Shown: piece by piece, positions 47,956 to 52,934 of the stretch
Numbering within the stretch: the first letter of the stretch is position 1
Layout: the number at the start of each line of letters is the position of its first letter
Origin: Blastocatellia bacterium
GTDB lineage: Bacteria > Acidobacteriota > Blastocatellia > RBC074
DNA length: 52,934 nucleotides
Direction: 5' to 3'
Assembly (NCBI GenBank): GCA_046155425.1
Contig: JBJXFM010000887.1
Coordinates: forward strand, 1-52,934
The notes under the pieces: generated by a model
What the model saw: only the letters and a program-made list of their open reading frames with translations
Databases searched by the model: none
Told to the model about the DNA's origin: nothing
Position numbers and translations under genes: made by a program

Positions 47956-50190
47956 ATGGCCGCACCCACTCGCGTAGAAATTGTCCAGAACAACCTCGAT
48001 CAATACCTTGCCACGGCGCAATCGCATGTTCCGCCGCTGGCCGCCACGGCGCCCATTCGTCCCGGCGCGATCCTGACAGCCGGGCAGGCCTGTGAAATTT
48101 TCGCCGATCAGGTGACCAGCCGTCTGCTGGATGTCGCCGCGCGGGAACTCAAGGCGCGCAACCAGGGCTATTACACGATTTCCAGCGCGGGCCACGAAAA
48201 CAACGCGATTGCCGGCGCGCTGCTGCGGCTGGATGATCCATGTTTTGTGCATTACCGTTCCGGCGCGCTGATGCTGGCGCGCGCGCGCAGGCTGCCGGGT
48301 TGCGACATGGTCATGGATACGCTGCTTTCGTTCTGCGCGGCGAAAGACGACCCGATCGCCGAGGGCCGCCACAAGGTCTGGGGCAGCCGTCCGTTGTGGG
48401 TCGCGCCGCTGACCAGCACCATCGCCTCGCATGTGCCGCGCGCCACGGGCCTCGCCTTTGCGCTGCGCCACGCGCGCCGTCTGGGCAGGGCCGCGGACCT
48501 CGCCGACGATTCCATTGTCTATTGCTCGATTGGCGACGCATCGGCCAATCACGCGACCGCCCTCGCCGGCATCAACGCCGCGCGTTACACCGTGCGGCGC
48601 GGCGGCGCGGCCCCCGTGCTGTTTCTGTGCGAGGACAACGGCATCGGCATCTCGGTCGAAACACCGCGCGACTGGATTCACGATACATACAGCTCGCAAA
48701 GTTATCTGAAATATTTCGAGGCGGCCGGCGCGCTGGATGAAATGTACGGCGTGGTGTCCGAGGCCATTGAAACCTGCCGCCGCACGCGCGCGCCCGTGTT
48801 CCTGCGCATGCCCGTGACGCGCCTCTGGGGACACGCCGGCACCGATGTCGAAAGCAGTTACCGCACACCCGAGGAAATTCAGGCCGCCGAAGCGCTGGAC
48901 CCGCTGCTCGCCAACGCGCGCCTGCTGATCGAAACCGGCGCCGCCACGCCCGCCGCCCTGCAATCAATGATCGGCGGCATCCGCGCGCGCATTGACGCGG
49001 CCCTGCCCGAGGCCGCCAACCGTCCGCGTCTGACCAGTGTCGCCGAGGTCATCACGCCGCTGGCGCCATACGACGAAAAGGCCTGCCGCGTCACCGGCGT
49101 ATTCGCCGCCGACAACGAAACGCGCCTGCGCCTTTTCGACAACACCCTGCCGGAACAAAACACCAGCCCTGTCCGGCGGACCATGGCCGCGCATATCAAT
49201 TCCGCGCTGGCCGACGCCATGCTCGCCTGTCCGGAAATCATGGTCTTTGGCGAAGATGTCGGCAAAAAAGGCGGCGTATATAACGTCACCAACGGTTTGC
49301 AGAAAAAATTCGGCGTGGCGCGTTGTTTCGACACGTTGCTGGATGAAACGACGATTTTCGGCACGGCGCTCGGCGCGGCGCTGATCGGTCTGTTGCCCAT
49401 CCCCGAAATTCAATACCTCGCCTACATGCACAACGCGCTGGACCAGGTGCGCGGCGAAGCCTGTTCGATGTCGTTTTTTTCCGCCGGGCAATTCACCAAC
49501 CCGATGGTCATTCGCGTGCAGGGGCTCGCGTATCAGAAAGGCTTTGGCGGACACTTTCACAACGATAATTCCATCGGCGCGCTGCGCGACATACCGGGAC
49601 TGATGCTGTGCGTGCCCGCGCGCGGCGACGACGCGGCGCAACTGTTGCGCGGGGCCATCGCCGCCGCCCGCGCCTGTTCCCGCGTCGTCTGTTTCCTCGA
49701 ACCCATCGCCCTCTATCACGAAAAGGATTTGTATGAAGACGGCGACAGCAAATGGCTGAGCGATTACCCCGCGCCCGGCGAAATCCTGCTGCCCGGCGAA
49801 ACGGGCATTTATCACGGCGCCGCGCGCGACCTGCTGCTCGTTAGCTATGCCAACGGATTGCGTTTGTCATTGCGCGCCGCGCGGCGATTGCGGGAACAGC
49901 ATGGAATCAATGCGCGCGTGCTCGACCTGCGCTGGCTGAATCCATTGCCCATGGAATCCGTGCTCGCACACGCACGGGAATGCGGCCGTGTGCTGGTCGC
50001 CGACGAATGCCGCGCCACCGGTGGCGGCATCGCCGACGCGATCATCGCCGGCCTGGCGGAACATGGATTCAATGGCCGCATGCGTTCCGTCCGCGCCGTG
50101 GACACCTATGTTCCCCTCGGACCAGCGGCCAACCTCGTCCTCATTTCCGAAGAGCAGATCACCGCCGCCGCGCAGGCGTCGTGTTCCTGA
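47956..50190 (+). CDS. 2-oxoacid dehydrogenase E1 alpha/beta fusion (ThDP-dependent)
   Basis: [13 protein letters not shown], ThDP motif IGDAS...[33 protein letters not shown]. Confidence 0.9.
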   Translation: MAAPTRVEIVQNNLDQYLATAQSHVPPLAATAPIRPGAILTAGQACEIFADQVTSRLLDVAARELKARNQGYYTISSAGHENNAIAGALLRLDDPCFVHYRSGALMLARARRLPGCDMVMDTLLSFCAAKDDPIAEGRHKVWGSRPLWVAPLTSTIASHVPRATGLAFALRHARRLGRAADLADDSIVYCSIGDASANHATALAGINAARYTVRRGGAAPVLFLCEDNGIGISVETPRDWIHDTYSSQSYLKYFEAAGALDEMYGVVSEAIETCRRTRAPVFLRMPVTRLWGHAGTDVESSYRTPEEIQAAEALDPLLANARLLIETGAATPAALQSMIGGIRARIDAALPEAANRPRLTSVAEVITPLAPYDEKACRVTGVFAADNETRLRLFDNTLPEQNTSPVRRTMAAHINSALADAMLACPEIMVFGEDVGKKGGVYNVTNGLQKKFGVARCFDTLLDETTIFGTALGAALIGLLPIPEIQYLAYMHNALDQVRGEACSMSFFSAGQFTNPMVIRVQGLAYQKGFGGHFHNDNSIGALRDIPGLMLCVPARGDDAAQLLRGAIAAARACSRVVCFLEPIALYHEKDLYEDGDSKWLSDYPAPGEILLPGETGIYHGAARDLLLVSYANGLRLSLRAARRLREQHGINARVLDLRWLNPLPMESVLAHARECGRVLVADECRATGGGIADAIIAGLAEHGFNGRMRSVRAVDTYVPLGPAANLVLISEEQITAAAQASCS

Positions 50191-50221
50191 CAAAACGCGC
50201 TCGACGACACGAGCAAGGTTC

Positions 50222-50272
50222 GCCACAAAAAGACACAAAAAGCACCTTTGTGTCCTTTGTGCTTTTTGTGGC
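50222..50272. repeat. REP-like palindrome built from CACAAAAAG-type sub-repeats
   Basis: GCCACAAAAAGACACAAAAAGCAC ... TTTGTGTCCTTTGTGCTTTTTGTGGC; the outer 11 bp form a perfect inverted repeat. Confidence 0.8.
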
Positions 50273-50429
50273 CAGTGCTTTCCTCCGCAAAAGGTCAATC
50301 ACCGCGTCCTTTTGTGTCGGCTTCGTGTCTCTTCGCGGGAAAATTCCGGTCGCTGTACAAACCCCGCCCCAAAGGCGCTACAATGGAACCTCATTTTTCC
50401 GACGACATAACTCGTTGTTTTTTGCCGCC

Positions 50430-51605
50430 ATGATAATTGCCGTAGCCATGAGCGGCGGCGTGGACAGTTCCACCACCGCCGCCCTGCTGAAAAATCAGGG
50501 TCACGAACTGGTCGGGTTCTCGATGCAGCTGTGGAATCAGCGTCGCATCAATGTCGGACCGGATGGCGAAGCGCTGCCGTCGAAATGCTGTTCGCTGGAT
50601 GACCTGTACGATGCCCGCGCCGTCGCGCACAAACTCGGCATGCCTTAGTACGTGCTGAACCTGGAGGATGATTTCGAGCGCGATGTCGTGCGCCCCTTCG
50701 TTCGCAATTATCTGGACGGCCGCACGCCCAGCCCCTGCGTCGCCTGTAATTCATATCTGAAATTCGACAAGCTGGTTGAACTGACGCAAAGCGTGGGCGC
50801 GGAAAAGGTCGCGACCGGCCATTACGCCCGTGTCGAATTCGACGCCGCGCGCGACCGCTGGCTGCTGCGGCGCAGCACGAACCTGGCCAAGGATCAGTCC
50901 TATTTCCTGTTCGAACTGACACAGCTGCAACTGAGTTACGCGCTGTTCCCGCTGGGCGAAATGAGCAAGGACGAGGTCCGCGCCATTGCCGAGGCCGCCG
51001 GCCTGCCCACCGCGCAAAAAGCCGAAAGCCAGGAAATCTGCTTTATCCCCGATGGCAACTACGCGCGGTTTATCGACCGTTATCTCGAAGAAGCGAAATC
51101 CGGCGCGCACCAGACGGCTAGTGAAAATGACCTGCCGGTTCTTAATCAAACCGCGACGGACAATGACCTGGCCCTCGCCGCCGCGCCGCCGCCGGGTGAC
51201 ATTGTCACGGCCAGCGGCGAAGTGCTGGGTCGCCACACGGGCATACACCGGTACACCGTCGGCCAGCGGCGCGGCATTGGCATATCCGCGCCGGAACCGC
51301 TTTATGTCGTGCAGATCGACTCGCATAAAAACCGCGTGGTCGTGGGCGCCGACGCGGATCTGCTGCGCAACGAAATGATCGTCGAACGCCCCAACTGGAT
51401 TTCAATTCCGGCGCTGACCGGGCACATGCGTGTCTCGGTCAAAATCCGTTCGCGCCACGGCGAAACACCCGCAACCATTACGGACGCGGGCGACAATCGC
51501 GTGCGGGTGCTTTTTGATCAGCCGCAACGCGCGGTCACACCCGGCCAGGCGGCGGTTTTTTATGAAGGCGACATTGTCGCCGGCGGCGGCTGGATCAGCG
51601 TATAG
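50430..51605 (+). pseudogene. mnmA: tRNA-specific 2-thiouridylase MnmA interrupted by an in-frame TAG at 50646-50648
   Basis: [73 protein letters not shown], all in one frame. Confidence 0.85.
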
Positions 51606-51642
51606 CCGCCGGAATTCAACAGCAAAACAGAGGAATTTCACT

Positions 51643-51942
51643 ATGGTTGGTGGTGGTAATAAACAGCCTGTTAATTATGGCGTCGGAGACGAGATTTCCT
51701 ACGCCTTTGGTTCCGGCCTGCTGTATGGCGAGGTCATCCGGTTGCTGGAAGGCGGCGCGGCCGTCGAGATTCAGTTTGAAGACGGCCGGCGCGAAATCAA
51801 AAAATCGCGTGACCGCGCGTTGCATCTGGTCCGCCGCGCCACCGGGGCCAGCGAGCTGGATGAACGCAACGCCGAACGTTCGCAGAGCCGTGACACTGAA
51901 ATTGACGATGTGCGGCGCAGCGACGTACGGCGGCGCTGGTAA
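51643..51942 (+). CDS. Small hypothetical protein, possible SH3/KOW-like barrel
   Basis: AGAGGA SD; YGVGDEISY...LYGEVIRL...VEIQFEDG pattern; charged tail. Confidence 0.65.
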   Translation: MVGGGNKQPVNYGVGDEISYAFGSGLLYGEVIRLLEGGAAVEIQFEDGRREIKKSRDRALHLVRRATGASELDERNAERSQSRDTEIDDVRRSDVRRRW

Positions 51943-52091
51943 ACGCGGAATGAGAAAATTCCAGGACGAGCGTGAAGCATGGCGGATTTCTCACACGGGA
52001 AACCCGGACCGGAGGATTCGCATCCAACCGCCCGCCACTCACTCCGCTTTTCTGAAAAACCGCTCGTTAGTTGTCTGTCTTGGAGGTACAC

Positions 52092-52808
52092 ATGAAAAAG
52101 TTCTTTTCCATCCTGCTTTCGCTGTCGCTGCTGTCCCTGCCCGTCCTGACGCCATCCGCGCAAACGCCGCAGACACCCGCGAAACAACCAACGGAAGCCA
52201 AAGCCGAAGACACCCGCGAGGACGCCGCTGAATCCATCATCACCGAGGGAACCAACGCCAAACTGTCCCTGCAGACGCAGCTCAGCTCCAAACTCAACGA
52301 AGTCGGCGACCCGGTCACCGGCGTGTTGTACGAGCCCGTGCGCGATCAGAACGGCCGCGTGGCCATCGCCCGCGGCACGGAATTTTTTGGCCGCATCACC
52401 CAGGTCCAGCCCGCCAAACGTCCGCAGAAACAGGCGACCATGACCATTGTTTTCGACACCATGCGCATGCCGTATGGCGAGGAAAAAGTATCCGTCATCA
52501 TCACCGCGATCGACGATTACGAAAACGACGAAAAGCTGAAGGCAAAGAATGAAGAAGGCAAGGTCGGCGCGGGCCGTTCCGGCGGCCGTTCGGCGGAAAA
52601 CGCCGCCAAAGGGGCGGGTCTCGGATCACTGGGTGGCCTGATCGCCATGGCCGCTGGTGGCGGGCTGATCGGCCTGGTCACGGTCGCCGCCGGCGGCGCC
52701 GGCGCGGGCGTCCTGGTGACAAAGGGCAACGACATACGCCTGCAACCCGGCACCGTGCTGCGCATTCGTTTCGAACGCCCTGTCAAAGTCGCGACCTTCG
52801 ATAAATAA
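52092..52808 (+). CDS. Exported protein with TrbI/VirB10-like beta domain and glycine-zipper tail
   Basis: GGAGG SD, signal peptide, LSLQTQLSSK...GDPV...IARGT...GRIT.V, Gly/Ala zipper, TKGNDIRLQPGT. Confidence 0.75.
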   Translation: MKKFFSILLSLSLLSLPVLTPSAQTPQTPAKQPTEAKAEDTREDAAESIITEGTNAKLSLQTQLSSKLNEVGDPVTGVLYEPVRDQNGRVAIARGTEFFGRITQVQPAKRPQKQATMTIVFDTMRMPYGEEKVSVIITAIDDYENDEKLKAKNEEGKVGAGRSGGRSAENAAKGAGLGSLGGLIAMAAGGGLIGLVTVAAGGAGAGVLVTKGNDIRLQPGTVLRIRFERPVKVATFDK

Positions 52809-52934
52809 CTTACCTTTCGCGCACTTTTTTATGAGTTTGCAACATTGGGGATAACAAAACCTCGGATTTAGGCCGAAAATCGAGAGTGGCCTTTCGCTCC
52901 ACCTGTTTTGATTTGCAGGAAAAGCAGACTCCTC

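Noticed and set aside
46315-48963. 882-aa minus-strand ORF and similar long antisense ORFs (3638-5146, 23981-25678, 16663-17928, 40187-41413)
   Set aside because: They lie opposite genes with clear family motifs and have none of their own; typical shadow ORFs of high-GC DNA.
50430-51605. Genome-wide TAG reassignment or pyrrolysine use
   Set aside because: Only one internal TAG was seen, TAG ends other genes normally, and no pyl genes are in the window.
52092-52808. Type IV secretion system suggested by the VirB10-like domain
   Set aside because: No other T4SS or conjugation genes are present; stand-alone proteins of this type are common in Acidobacteriota.

Overview
High-GC bacterial chromosomal window, most likely from an Acidobacteriota genome: it carries the Acidobacteria-typical TIGR03437-like C-terminal domain and an acidobacterial VWA protein. 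No tRNA, rRNA, CRISPR array, integrase or transposase was recognised. Main blocks: (1) envelope genes and an ECF sigma / anti-sigma / DUF4252 / DUF4252 / VWA-fusion operon (3.7-7.7 kb); (2) a complete chemosensory cluster (PAS-containing MCP, cheW, cheR, cheA, cheB, cheY, cheX) extended by a GAF, a receiver and a DUF4388(PATAN) gene (8.9-19.6 kb); (3) housekeeping genes (ArnT-like glycosyltransferase, hslO, mutS, hemF, HDAC, ttcA, SbcC/Rad50 coupled to a SET protein, RluA, mnmA); (4) a TSUP / ATP-grasp / ATP-grasp-SET fusion / 2-oxoacid dehydrogenase E1 gene run. The ATP-grasp/SET unit and the chemosensory output module are the best candidates for uncharacterised systems. Further observations: an in-frame TAG in mnmA, an unannotated 28-aa membrane peptide, a cyclase-family gene remnant, a SxxC thioredoxin-fold protein, several short tandem arrays and REP-like palindromes. 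All functional calls come from motif recognition by eye; no database search was run.
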